From Oceanispirochaeta sp. (lineage in GTDB: Bacteria > Spirochaetota > Spirochaetia > DSM-2461): DNA of 64,000 nt. Position 1 is the stretch's first letter. Each line of letters opens with the position of its first letter. Below are positions 30,113-39,442 of this stretch, piece by piece. The stretch is from NCBI GenBank assembly GCA_963663385.2, contig CAXXXD010000003.1, positions 384,001 to 448,000 of the forward strand, written 5' to 3'. The position numbers were made by a program, and so were the translations under genes. Under the pieces are notes generated by a model. That model saw nothing but the letters and a program-made list of their open reading frames with translations, searched no databases and was not told the DNA's origin.

Positions 30113-30781
30113 TTATTGATTACCTGAATCCTGAAAACGCCGGTTCGCCTCCTCCAGTTTCCTTTTCAGATCAAACTGCAGCCGGGGACGGGGCATATTG
30201 AATATTTCATAGTTAGTGTAATAGAAAAGGGCTATCATATAATAGGCCATCTCTTCATAGGGAATCCGGCAGTCGATGGAAAACCACCATCTGAGTATTC
30301 CCATAAACCTTCCGGCTATACTGGACGCTAACAGTTCAGAGGGGACCAGGGACTGCGGTTTAACTGCCCGACTGGAGAGCTCCTGTTTCATACCACATAG
30401 AATGGCGTCCTCTATATACTTCAGCAGTCTGTTTTGAAAAGAGGGGAGTCCTTTGTCCGAAAGCATTAATTTGAAGAAATCTTTTCTCTCTTCCAGAAAT
30501 GTCATAAATTGATAGTGTTTGCTTGAAGGTTCTCTGATCTCATTATTTACTATCTCTTCTTCGCTCATAGTGGGATCGCCCTGTATTTCATCAAAAAACT
30601 CATCCAGTCCACGCAGCAGCAGGTCATTAATATCTTCGTAGTGCCGGTAGAAGGTAGCTCTGTTGATCATAGCCCGCTCACAGAGTTCGCTGACTGATAG
30701 GCTTTCGATCCCTTTTTCCTGTATAATGTCCCAGAGCGCTTCCCGTAACATCTTTCTGGTCCGTTTTACCCGTAAATCCAT
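30113..30781 (-). CDS. TetR/AcrR-family regulator
   Basis: MDLRVKRTR..L; ELCERAMINRATFYRHYED; start ATG 30781 after AGAGGTG. Confidence 0.92.
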   Translation of the reverse strand: MDLRVKRTRKMLREALWDIIQEKGIESLSVSELCERAMINRATFYRHYEDINDLLLRGLDEFFDEIQGDPTMSEEEIVNNEIREPSSKHYQFMTFLEERKDFFKLMLSDKGLPSFQNRLLKYIEDAILCGMKQELSSRAVKPQSLVPSELLASSIAGRFMGILRWWFSIDCRIPYEEMAYYMIALFYYTNYEIFNMPRPRLQFDLKRKLEEANRRFQDSGNQ

Positions 30782-30834
30782 GCGACACCTCTTTTTCATC
30801 TGTGGCTTGTGCGACAAATCCACTGAATCTGTTG
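30781..30834. promoter_or_regulatory. Tandem imperfect operators (29-bp period) overlapping TetR start
   Basis: Two copies of TGCGACA-N10-ATCTGT, i.e. CGACA-N13-TGT[G/T]G. Confidence 0.5.
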
Positions 30835-31151
30835 TTTGACAGCTATTCTATAAAACAATAAGTTGAATATACAACAGGGTGTTGCTTAATGCAGGTGTGT
30901 TGTATCTATCAGTTATTCAAAAGGATGAGGAACCCGTGAAGGAGAAAAGGAAAGGTATAATGAGCAGACTATGGGATTTATTAATTTTGATACTTTTTAC
31001 ACTGCTGTGTTTTATTAACCTCTTTCCCGAAAGAACAGATCGTCTTCTGGAACACTTTCATTCTGAAAATCAGATTATATCCTTGGAGAAGGACGGTTTC
31101 GCGGATACACGAATCAGTCCCCCTTGTATTCCGTTTGAGAGACCTGTTTTA

Positions 31152-31985
31152 TCAGTAGTTGGAAAAACTGCCGCTGCCGGTTATACGGATCTCCCTCAGA
31201 CGGCTGCCTTCCTGCAGGGACACATCCCCGCTGCCGGTTATGGTGATATCTGCTGTATCCGTAAGAAAATCCTCTCCGTCGAAGTCTCCCGATCCGGTAG
31301 TTTTAATTTCCGCCGTATTGCAGCGCCCCCTGAGTTCCACATCGCCGCTGCCGGACTGAACGGATCGGAGCTGCTGCGTCTGCAGACAGGCCGTAATACT
31401 CCCGGAACTGCTGGTTTTAAAATCCGCTTCGGTACAGATTATCTCTCCGGCCCGGATGTCTCCGGACGAGCTGACACGGATTTCTGCCGCTGTACAGTCT
31501 ATTTCGTTTATCAGGATGCTGCCGGAAGAACTGGTCCTCAACTCTACCGTATCGGCCAGTATACCCTTCAGCTCAACATCTGCGGAAGAACTGAGCGTAG
31601 CTCTGAATGTATCAGCCTCCCAGTTATCGTTGGAACGGAGCCGGCCGGAGCTGCTCATGCCTACTTCGTTTAAAAGGGGCATATAGATTATAAACCTGAT
31701 ATCATCAGAGTGGAAAAAACTGATTTTATGCCGGGATGCTTTGACAACCAGGATGCCCCGGTCATTGTAAATTTCTATATCCCCTTTGTAGCGTGAGGGG
31801 ATATCCGCTTCCACCCGGCAGGTATCGGCCCTTTCTATTATAACGTCCGCGGGAATTCTGAACTGAACCGCCCGGAAGGTGCCGTAATCTGTGCGCAGGG
31901 ATATATCTTCCTGCATGCCCCATGCCCAGAGATTCCCTGTAAATAATATGGATAGAAGCAGTCCTGATAAAGCTGTCTTTTTCAT
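31152..31985 (-). CDS. DUF2807 / head-GIN domain beta-helix protein
   Basis: Signal peptide; repeated SSSG.I, GSGDV and GSGDF units. Confidence 0.85.
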   Translation of the reverse strand: MKKTALSGLLLSILFTGNLWAWGMQEDISLRTDYGTFRAVQFRIPADVIIERADTCRVEADIPSRYKGDIEIYNDRGILVVKASRHKISFFHSDDIRFIIYMPLLNEVGMSSSGRLRSNDNWEADTFRATLSSSADVELKGILADTVELRTSSSGSILINEIDCTAAEIRVSSSGDIRAGEIICTEADFKTSSSGSITACLQTQQLRSVQSGSGDVELRGRCNTAEIKTTGSGDFDGEDFLTDTADITITGSGDVSLQEGSRLREIRITGSGSFSNY

Positions 31986-32070
31986 CTCAAACCTCTGCTA
32001 AATAGTATTACTCTTGTTTTTCTCATACAGTATTATAACAAGCTTACCCTGCAGAACTGTTACTTTATCA

Positions 32071-32114
32071 AAAAAGGCGGATACCCGCACCTGTTCCGGT
32101 ACAGACATCCGCCT
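32071..32114 (-). terminator. Terminator of serA
   Basis: AGGCGGAT...ATCCGCCT with A-run on plus strand. Confidence 0.55.
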
Positions 32115-32145
32115 CAAATGGATTGTCGTTTCAGGATAAATGAAT

Positions 32146-33333
32146 TTATTTCATAGCAATCTGAATAATATTTTCAGTGCCTCGGATTTTATCCAGAACA
32201 GATGTTTCAGGTTTGGCATCCAGTTTCAGGGTGCAGACAGCTGCTTTTCCGCCGGAAAAAATGGCATTTTCCATCTCTTCAATATTGATTCCGGCTGTTC
32301 TGAGCTCATCCAGTACGGATGCCAGAACTCCCACTTTATTGAAGTGACGGACAACCAGGTTGATAACGGCTGAACTCTTGTCCTGATGATTAACCTGATG
32401 GAGAGGTTTTCCCGTTTCCATATAGGCTTTTACAATATTGACGACTTCTCCGGCAATAGCTTCGGACGCCTGATCCGTAGAGGCTCCGATATGATGGGTT
32501 CCGGTTACCGCAGCAGCCAGTTCCGTATCGGCAAAATCCTTGTCTGTGGCACCGGGCTCATTTTCATAAACGTCCAGGGCTACTTTGAGGCCTTTATTCT
32601 TAATGGCCTCCTTCAGGGCTGTCGTATCGATAACTTCACCTCTTGAGGTATTAATCAGAATCGCGCCCTCTTTCATGGCATCCAGCATCTCTTTTCCCAC
32701 AAAGTGGACTGTTTCCTTTCCTGCGGCCAGGTGAATGGAAAGAGCATCAGCTTTTGAGGCGGCTTCCAAGGGTGTGGCACAGTATTCCACACCCCAGGCT
32801 TTGGCTTTTTCCGGAGTCAAGCTGCGGGACCAGGCCGCTACGTTCATACCAAACGCTCTGGCTCTGTCTGCGGTTCCCTGTCCGATGGACCCCATACCGA
32901 TGATGGAAAGGGTTCTTCCTTTCAGACCGGCTGCCTTGCCATAGAGTTTTTTGTTCCATACGCCGTTGCGCAGGTCCATTGTTCCGTCCGCAATACGCCG
33001 GTCGGCAGCAATCATCAATCCCATGGCCAGTTCGGCAACGGCATCGGCATTTTTACCGGGGCAGTTTGCCACATGGATCCCGCAGGAGGATGCCTTATCC
33101 AGGTCTATTGTGTTTACTCCGGCCCCTGCTCTGATAATCAGAGAAAGATCGGATCCATTTTCAATCGTTTCAGCGTTTACTTTTGTAGACCGTACTATCA
33201 GTATTTCCGCATCAGCGATGGCACCGGGAAGATCTCCGGCGGTTAGACCGGGTTCCAGAGTGATTTCCGCTCCGAGAGATTTCAGGTCTTTCAGAGCCGT
33301 ATCGGATAATTTGTCAGCTATAAGTATTTTCAT
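32146..33333 (-). CDS. serA: D-3-phosphoglycerate dehydrogenase-like with ACT domain
   Basis: RAGAGVNTID, GMGSIG, INTSRG, LDVYENEP, HIGAST; C-terminal H.NKVGVLA ACT domain. Confidence 0.85.
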   Translation of the reverse strand: MKILIADKLSDTALKDLKSLGAEITLEPGLTAGDLPGAIADAEILIVRSTKVNAETIENGSDLSLIIRAGAGVNTIDLDKASSCGIHVANCPGKNADAVAELAMGLMIAADRRIADGTMDLRNGVWNKKLYGKAAGLKGRTLSIIGMGSIGQGTADRARAFGMNVAAWSRSLTPEKAKAWGVEYCATPLEAASKADALSIHLAAGKETVHFVGKEMLDAMKEGAILINTSRGEVIDTTALKEAIKNKGLKVALDVYENEPGATDKDFADTELAAAVTGTHHIGASTDQASEAIAGEVVNIVKAYMETGKPLHQVNHQDKSSAVINLVVRHFNKVGVLASVLDELRTAGINIEEMENAIFSGGKAAVCTLKLDAKPETSVLDKIRGTENIIQIAMK

Positions 33334-33410
33334 AATTTCAGAATAGCCTTGAATTTTTTTGTTGTAAAGTTTTAATTACTCAATTTTAATGTTAGTAATT
33401 GATTAAAACA

Positions 33411-33438
33411 TCAAAACTGACTAAATAGTCAGTTTTGA
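33411..33438. promoter_or_regulatory. Perfect 13-bp inverted repeat (operator-like)
   Basis: TCAAAACTGACTA-AA-TAGTCAGTTTTGA between divergent serA and hlyIII. Confidence 0.65.
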
Positions 33439-33498
33439 GCGCGTATTGTCACTATAAGAAGGGAAGAGTATAGTTTCCAAAAGACCAAGGAGATTCTG

Positions 33499-34167
33499 AT
33501 GAAATCAATCGGACAGTGGCTGGAGGCCCATATTACACTTCATAATCATGACAGCCGGCAGGAGGAGGCGGTCAATAGTATCACCCATGCAGTGGGAGCT
33601 CTCCTTTCTCTTGCGGGACTGGTGTTTATGCTGATCAAAACTGTTCCTTCTGCTGTTTCCCGATCGGTCATGGGCGCAGTAGTTTTCGGCTCTGCCATGA
33701 TCCTGATGTATACTTCCTCCTCTATCTACCATATTATACCGCCATCCAACTGGAAGCGTTTTCTCCGGATTATGGATCATGTGAATATTTATCTTCTGAT
33801 TGCCGGCACCTATACTCCTATCTGTCTGGCCATGAACAGTCCTGCGGGTAATCAGCTCCTCCTGCTGGTCTGGGTTATCGCTTTTCTGGGTGTTATTTTC
33901 AAACTGGTTTTCTGGGGAAGGATAAAACCTCTTCATACAATCATCTATATACTGATGGGCTGGCTTGTCGTTTTCTATTTTGAAGAACTGAAAACGCATA
34001 TTCCTTCAGGATTCCTGCCCTGGATACTTAGCGGCGGGATTGCCTATACTGTAGGAACCATTTTTTACGGGATAAAAAAGATTCCTCACTATCATGCTAT
34101 CTGGCACAGTTTTGTTATTCTGGGAAGCGCCTGTTTCTATTTTGGAGTCTACCTGCATATACTGTAG
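33499..34167 (+). CDS. Hemolysin III / PAQR family membrane protein
   Basis: EEAVNSITH, SSIYH, DHVNIYLLIAGTYTP, HAIWHSFV. Confidence 0.95.
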   Translation: MKSIGQWLEAHITLHNHDSRQEEAVNSITHAVGALLSLAGLVFMLIKTVPSAVSRSVMGAVVFGSAMILMYTSSSIYHIIPPSNWKRFLRIMDHVNIYLLIAGTYTPICLAMNSPAGNQLLLLVWVIAFLGVIFKLVFWGRIKPLHTIIYILMGWLVVFYFEELKTHIPSGFLPWILSGGIAYTVGTIFYGIKKIPHYHAIWHSFVILGSACFYFGVYLHIL

Positions 34168-34176
34168 AAGCCGTAT

Positions 34177-34488
34177 TCAGAAAGCTGTATTCCTGAAAAT
34201 CATCAGGGCATTCATCATTCTGGGAAATCCGGCTGTCGGAGCGATCAGAAGGATGGCGTGTTCTATTTCTTCCCGTGTGCAACCGGCTTTTCGAGCTTTT
34301 TCAATATGGGTCTGCAGGGCAAACTCGTATTGAGAGGCAGCGGAGACCGCAATTTTAATAAGCCAGCGGGATTTTTCATCCAGCGGACCGCCTTTGTCAT
34401 GCAGATTTCTGCCAAACTCCTCATAGGATTTATAGATTTCCCGGTGATTTTCCTTAAAATATTTCAGATTTTCATGACGTTCATTCAT
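34177..34488 (-). CDS. Carboxymuconolactone decarboxylase/AhpD-like protein
   Basis: GPLDEKSRWLIKIAVS, H..KA..AG.T.EEI, TAGFP; start ATG 34488 after AGGGAG. Confidence 0.85.
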   Translation of the reverse strand: MNERHENLKYFKENHREIYKSYEEFGRNLHDKGGPLDEKSRWLIKIAVSAASQYEFALQTHIEKARKAGCTREEIEHAILLIAPTAGFPRMMNALMIFRNTAF

Positions 34489-34568
34489 GGCTCGCTCCCT
34501 TGCACTAATAGTGTTATAGTTAAGTCTTGATAATGAACTGAAAGAATGCAAGAGGATATCCGTTAACC

Positions 34569-36059
34569 ATGTTTTCAATCGCAAAGAACTCCAGATTTAC
34601 TGCCATTACAGTTTCTTTACTGCTCCTCTGGGGAGTCTCGTCCCTTTCCGCGGAAAAACGGGTTCGGGATAACTTCCCCGAACTCCTGCCTGGGGTACCC
34701 CGGAGAGGGGCGATCAGAATACAGAGCAATGCCTGGTACGATACCTACCGCATCAGAATCCCCCAGGATGCGGTTGGTGTAACCCTCCGTTTAAACGGAG
34801 CCGGGGCGGATCTGGACCTTTATCTGCGTTTCGGTTCACCCATGCAGGATTACAGTGAAGCCGATGTATACAGCGAGCAGGATCTTTTCAATGAAGTGAT
34901 GCAGATCTACCGTTATGACGAGATTGGTCTTGAAAACGGCTACGCCTATGTGGATGTCGCCTATATGCTGGAAAAACCGCCTGTATCCGATCAGAAAGTG
35001 ATGAAAACCATTCCCTATACTATCAGCTTCGAACTGGTAACAGGAGAGCAGGAAGAGGCGCTGGAGCCTGGGGATCCTGTTTCGGGTGTTTTGCAGCCTG
35101 AGAGTTTTATGCAGAAAATCTATCCTGTAAGGATTCCGGGAGATGCGGATAAACTGAGGGTTGACCTTTATAACAGCAGCGGAGATCTTGATGTAATGGT
35201 TACGGATTCTCCTGTTGCTCCGGCGGATGCACATCCTATCTATTTGGCGGAGACTGTGGCGGGGAATGAGAGCTTTGTCATGGATATTGCATCAGTCTAT
35301 AGGGGCGAAACCCTTTACCTTACCGTATTTGACAGTATTGCCTCCGACAGGGAACAGACCTTTTCCCTTGTCGCCGGATTTGAAGAAGCTGCCCCGGAAT
35401 TCCTGAACGTTCTCCCCGCTCTTCCCGTCCCGCGGAATCCCTTTGAAAATGCCCTGTATTCCACCGTCGAAATTCTCACTCCCGAAAGCGGCGGATCCGG
35501 TGCTGTTCTATCCGACAGGGGTGTCATCCTGACAAACTACCATGTTCTGGCAGCTTCAGACGGGGGCTATTATAACGAGGTGACCGTTGCTGTTGTGCAG
35601 AAGACCTATGCTCCTGCGGTGGAATCCTATACAGCCCGGGTCCTGGCTGTCTCTGAAGATCTTGACTGCGCCATTCTTCAGATTGTCAGGGGCTACTACG
35701 GGCAGGAAATCCCGGACGATTACGTTTTTCCCTATTTCTCCCTGGTCGGGGAAGAGGAGCTGAGTATGGGGGATGAGATCAATATCCTCGGCTTCCCGAC
35801 TATCGGCGGTTCCGGATCCCGGGCGACCATAAATTTATCCAGGGGTATTCTGGCGGGTGGAGAGAATATCAGCCGCATCCATGTCCTGAAAACCGATGCC
35901 ATGATAAGCGGAGGGAATTCCGGTGGTGCTGCCATGGACAGTTCCTGGCGTCTTCTGGGCATCCCCTCCTTTGTAATAGAGGAGGATACGGAAAGCATGG
36001 GGTATATCATTCCTCTCAGCACTGTTCCGGCTGAGTGGTTTGAGCGCTACCTTCCATGA
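34569..36059 (+). CDS. Trypsin-like serine protease with two N-terminal PPC domains
   Basis: Signal peptide; GADLDLY and SGDLDV PPC motifs; triad TNYH, D, GNSGG. Confidence 0.88.
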   Translation: MFSIAKNSRFTAITVSLLLLWGVSSLSAEKRVRDNFPELLPGVPRRGAIRIQSNAWYDTYRIRIPQDAVGVTLRLNGAGADLDLYLRFGSPMQDYSEADVYSEQDLFNEVMQIYRYDEIGLENGYAYVDVAYMLEKPPVSDQKVMKTIPYTISFELVTGEQEEALEPGDPVSGVLQPESFMQKIYPVRIPGDADKLRVDLYNSSGDLDVMVTDSPVAPADAHPIYLAETVAGNESFVMDIASVYRGETLYLTVFDSIASDREQTFSLVAGFEEAAPEFLNVLPALPVPRNPFENALYSTVEILTPESGGSGAVLSDRGVILTNYHVLAASDGGYYNEVTVAVVQKTYAPAVESYTARVLAVSEDLDCAILQIVRGYYGQEIPDDYVFPYFSLVGEEELSMGDEINILGFPTIGGSGSRATINLSRGILAGGENISRIHVLKTDAMISGGNSGGAAMDSSWRLLGIPSFVIEEDTESMGYIIPLSTVPAEWFERYLP

Positions 36060-36111
36060 CATACTATCTTACCTGCGGTTAATTCCGATTTATTGACTTG
36101 CTAATCTATAT

Positions 36112-36249
36112 CCTTCCCGGCCCCTCTCGATCTCCCCGAAGGGGAGAGGTGGGAAAGACGCTAAAGCTGACTTCACCCCTCCTTTGGAGGGGCCGGTTGC
36201 ACACCCGAGAAATGGAGCGAAGCGGAATGGCCAGTGGCCGGGGGAGGCT
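36112..36249. repeat. Compound REP-like palindromic element
   Basis: Hairpins TCTCCCC-GAA-GGGGAGA (36131-36147) and CCCCTCC-TTT-GGAGGGG (36176-36192); outer CCGGCCCCTC/GAGGGGCCGG pair. Confidence 0.7.
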
Positions 36250-36261
36250 CGTGAGGAGGCA

Positions 36262-36642
36262 ATGAGACCGGGGTACATGACAGCAAACGAGTCTATCTAT
36301 AAAAAAATAAAAGAGATGCAGATTCATCAGAAAAATCACCCTACAAAAACAGAGATACTAATGTGGGAATATTTAAGGAATCAAAAAACTGGATATAAAA
36401 TAAGACGCCAGCATATTATAGAATGTTTTATTACAGATTTTGTATGTTTAAAAAAGAAAGTTGTGATTGAAATAGATGGAGGGATTCATATAAAGCAAAA
36501 AGAATACGATAAATATCGAACTGAGATCCTGACTAGCTCAGGATTTGAAGTCATCCGCTTTTCAAATGAAGAGGTACTTAAAGACCCGGCAGCTGTTGCC
36601 TTACAAATAAAGGGTAAACTGGACAGTATTATACCTTTCTAA
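36262..36642 (+). CDS. DUF559 (Vsr-like) endonuclease domain protein
   Basis: PT..E.LMW.YLR, KIRRQH, FITDFVC, VIEIDGGIH, D..R..L..GF.VIRFSN; SD GAGGAGG; visibly AT-rich. Confidence 0.9.
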   Translation: MRPGYMTANESIYKKIKEMQIHQKNHPTKTEILMWEYLRNQKTGYKIRRQHIIECFITDFVCLKKKVVIEIDGGIHIKQKEYDKYRTEILTSSGFEVIRFSNEEVLKDPAAVALQIKGKLDSIIPF

Positions 36643-36736
36643 CTACAGGATCGGGTATATTGAGGAGTTCTTTATAGACTCTCTGTCACGGGGTATTTAC
36701 CCGTTAAGCCGAATAAGGCTATTCTGTCTTTCCGGG

Positions 36737-37108
36737 ATGATACGAAAATTGCCATATAGAATAATTCTGTTTTTCCTTCTCTTTTTCCTCTTTCAGTGGG
36801 GAGGGCAGTATGCTGCCTTTCAGGTGTCTCAAGGAGGTCGGGAGTTGATTTTTCTGCCTCTTTTATACGGCTGTTTTATCCTCAGGGGATTTATCTGGCT
36901 TTTTATTCTGAGGGATATGGAACTCGGTCTGGCTTATTCTCTTTCCAGTCTGGGGTACCTGATCATCCCTCTATTGTCCCTGATTGTTCTGGGGGAACCT
37001 TTTAGAGAAAATTTTGTCCCGGGAGGGTTGTTAATCCTGGCGGGTATAACCCTTTACGGCCGGGCCGAACAGCGCTTATCCGTGAACCATGGGGAGAACA
37101 CTTTATGA
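36737..37108 (+). CDS. SMR/EamA small membrane protein (ArnE/F-like flippase subunit)
   Basis: 4 TM; W..IL..M.LG.AYSLSSLGY..LLS..VLGE. Confidence 0.75.
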   Translation: MIRKLPYRIILFFLLFFLFQWGGQYAAFQVSQGGRELIFLPLLYGCFILRGFIWLFILRDMELGLAYSLSSLGYLIIPLLSLIVLGEPFRENFVPGGLLILAGITLYGRAEQRLSVNHGENTL

Positions 37109-37464
37109 GTCCTTTTGTGAAGGCTTTCCTGTTAATGGTTCTGATGGGAGTTATGACTGCGGGAGGGCAGATCTTTCTCAAGCTGGGGATGAAGGGCCGG
37201 GAACGCCCCTCCGGTTTATGGAGGATGCTCCTTTTCTGTTTGAATATCCGGATACTGTCCGGTCTCTTTCTGGCTTTGACCGCTCCCCTTGTATATATAA
37301 GGGCCCTTGTTTTTCTGGGACTGAGCGGTACGTACGGTCTAAACGGTCTAAGCTACTTTTTTGTCTTTGCCTTCTCCAGGCTGTTTCTGAAAGAGAAGGG
37401 GAGCCTGCTGCATCTGGCCGGTCTTATGCTGATTGCCGGAGGGATAGCCCTCTGGTCAATCTGA
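37105..37464 (+). CDS. SMR/EamA small membrane protein (ArnE/F-like flippase subunit)
   Basis: 4 TM; GQIFLKLG, FLKEK, GL.LI..GI; ATGA overlap with previous gene. Confidence 0.75.
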   Translation: MSPFVKAFLLMVLMGVMTAGGQIFLKLGMKGRERPSGLWRMLLFCLNIRILSGLFLALTAPLVYIRALVFLGLSGTYGLNGLSYFFVFAFSRLFLKEKGSLLHLAGLMLIAGGIALWSI

Positions 37465-38186
37465 GTGTCGTTATCCCCGTCTACAACGGGGCTTCCCATC
37501 TGGAGAGTTTTCTGGACAATCTGGTTACCTGTCTAGAGAAGACGGATCATACCTGGGAGGTTTTTCTGGTCGATGATCACAGCGGGGACGGGACCTTTCA
37601 TACCATTCGGAAAATGAATGGAAAGGACAGCCGGATCAGGGGCTGCCGTCTGTCCGAGAACCGGGGTCAGCAGAATGCCATCTACTGCGGGCTGCTGTCC
37701 AGCCGGGGCAGGTACATTGTAACAATGGATGACGACGGGCAGCACCCTCTCTCCCGTCTGACCGATCTGATAGAGACTCTGGAAAAGGGGTGGGATGCTG
37801 TCTATATGGTTAACCGGACAGGGAAGCGAAGCGGAATCCAGCGCTTTGGTACGGGGCTAACGGATCTGTTTTTCAGGCTCTTCTGCGGTAAACCGGCGGG
37901 AGTGGAAATCGGCAGCTACCGAATCATGAAAAGAACCCTTGTGGAACGGTTTGAAAAGACCCCGTCCCGTTTTGTCTATATCTCGGCTCTTATCTTCCGA
38001 AGCATGCCTGAAGCGGCCGTCTGTTCCCTGCGTTATGAGCCGGAAAAATCAGAAGCAATGCGGAGCAGCCGCTTTTCCCTGAAACGCAGAGCCGGCGTAT
38101 TCCTCCGTTTGTTTATCCATTACGGACCATTTCGCAAACTGATTCCCTTCAGGGGAGAACCTTACACCATTGAGGATATGTTATGA
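37452..38186 (+). CDS. GT2 polyprenyl-phosphate glycosyltransferase (ArnC/GtrB/DPM-like)
   Basis: LSVVIPVYN, VDDHSGDGT, N.GQQNAI..G, TMDDDGQHP; no ATG/GTG/TTG near the domain start, so a CTG start is inferred. Confidence 0.85.
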   Translation: MVNLSVVIPVYNGASHLESFLDNLVTCLEKTDHTWEVFLVDDHSGDGTFHTIRKMNGKDSRIRGCRLSENRGQQNAIYCGLLSSRGRYIVTMDDDGQHPLSRLTDLIETLEKGWDAVYMVNRTGKRSGIQRFGTGLTDLFFRLFCGKPAGVEIGSYRIMKRTLVERFEKTPSRFVYISALIFRSMPEAAVCSLRYEPEKSEAMRSSRFSLKRRAGVFLRLFIHYGPFRKLIPFRGEPYTIEDML

Positions 38187-39442
38187 TTTTGCACGTGCTC
38201 GGAGGCGGTCCCGCCCAATTAGGCCTGATCAGAAGGGCGAAGGAACTGGGATTTCAGGTAGCCGTTTCCGACAGGAACCCGGAAGCCCCCGGTTTAAAAG
38301 AGGCTGATCATATATCTCTGGCCAGTTCCTTCGACAGGGAAGCTGTCCTGAAGGATGCCGCGGAAATCGGATCGGATTTTTTAATAACCAGCGGGACGGA
38401 CCAGCCGGTTCTGACGGCGGCAGAGGTTTCCGCCGAACTGAATCTGCCCTATTTTCTCTCTCCCCGTCAGGCTCTGACTGTAACAAATAAAAAGGTTATG
38501 AAGAAGGTTTTTCGTTCCGCAGGAATCCCCACTGTGGATTTTACTTTCCTTAAGGAAGATTTTTCAGACAGCGAACTGGAACATCTGACTTTTCCCCTTG
38601 TTATCAAACCCCTGGACAGCCAGGGGCAGCGGGGAGTTTTGAAGGTGAAGACCTCCGATGATATCAGAAAAAACTTTGCGGAAGTTCTCAGCTACTCCCG
38701 GGAGAGTGAAATCCTGGCGGAAGAGTATTACCCTTCCACGGAACTGACCGTCAGCGGCTGGGTGGAAGGAGGGGCCCCGTACATTTTTTCCATTACAGAC
38801 CGTGTTACCGTTGATAATGGCCCCCACCTGGGAGTCTGTGTTTCTCATCGTTACCCCTCTGTCTGTCACAGCGACTGGGAGGAACTGGAACATCTGACCG
38901 GGAAACTGGCTTCCATGATCGGCCTGCAGTACGGTCCCCTCTATTTCCAGATTCTCTACGGCAGGGACGGCTACAGGGTAAACGAGATAGCCTGCCGCCT
39001 GGGCGGAGCGTATGAGGATGAGTTCCTGCCATGGCTCTGCGGGGTTCCCCTGCTTGATCTGATGATTGAAATGACCGTCCGCAGAGATTATAATGCGGAT
39101 TATCTGAATCGGCTTTCAACCTGCCGGAGAGGTAAATACCTTTCCCTGCAGATGTTTTTCTGCCGCCCCGGAACTATCCGGGAGCAATCGGGCATGGAAG
39201 ACGTTCTGAGTCAGGAGGGCATATTAAACGGACGCTTTCTGCTGAATGAGGGTACAGTGGTCGGATGCAGGGAAAATTCTACCCAGCGGGCGGGTTATTA
39301 TATTGCCTCAGGCCGGAACCCCTGCGAACTGAATACCCTTATCAGCCAGTCCTGCGGGAAACTCCATATAGGGGATCCCCAGGGGCGTAATATGATTCAA
39401 TGGTACGAAAGGATGATGTTTCCCCATGACGAGAGTAATTAA
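38183..39442 (+). CDS. ATP-grasp ligase
   Basis: LGGGPAQ, TNKKVMK, PLVIKPLDSQGQRGV, EEY, NEIACRLGG. Confidence 0.88.
   Translation: MILHVLGGGPAQLGLIRRAKELGFQVAVSDRNPEAPGLKEADHISLASSFDREAVLKDAAEIGSDFLITSGTDQPVLTAAEVSAELNLPYFLSPRQALTVTNKKVMKKVFRSAGIPTVDFTFLKEDFSDSELEHLTFPLVIKPLDSQGQRGVLKVKTSDDIRKNFAEVLSYSRESEILAEEYYPSTELTVSGWVEGGAPYIFSITDRVTVDNGPHLGVCVSHRYPSVCHSDWEELEHLTGKLASMIGLQYGPLYFQILYGRDGYRVNEIACRLGGAYEDEFLPWLCGVPLLDLMIEMTVRRDYNADYLNRLSTCRRGKYLSLQMFFCRPGTIREQSGMEDVLSQEGILNGRFLLNEGTVVGCRENSTQRAGYYIASGRNPCELNTLISQSCGKLHIGDPQGRNMIQWYERMMFPHDESN

Noticed and set aside
31152..31660. Periodic GC-rich near-repeats (ccgga..ctgctg)
   Set aside because: Explained by the SSSG/GSG coding repeats of the DUF2807 beta-helix; not CRISPR or a DNA repeat.
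37089..37451. 121-aa N-terminal extension of GT2 in the ORF track
   Set aside because: Overlaps the well-formed SMR gene in another frame and looks non-protein-like; the GT2 fold starts at about 37452.
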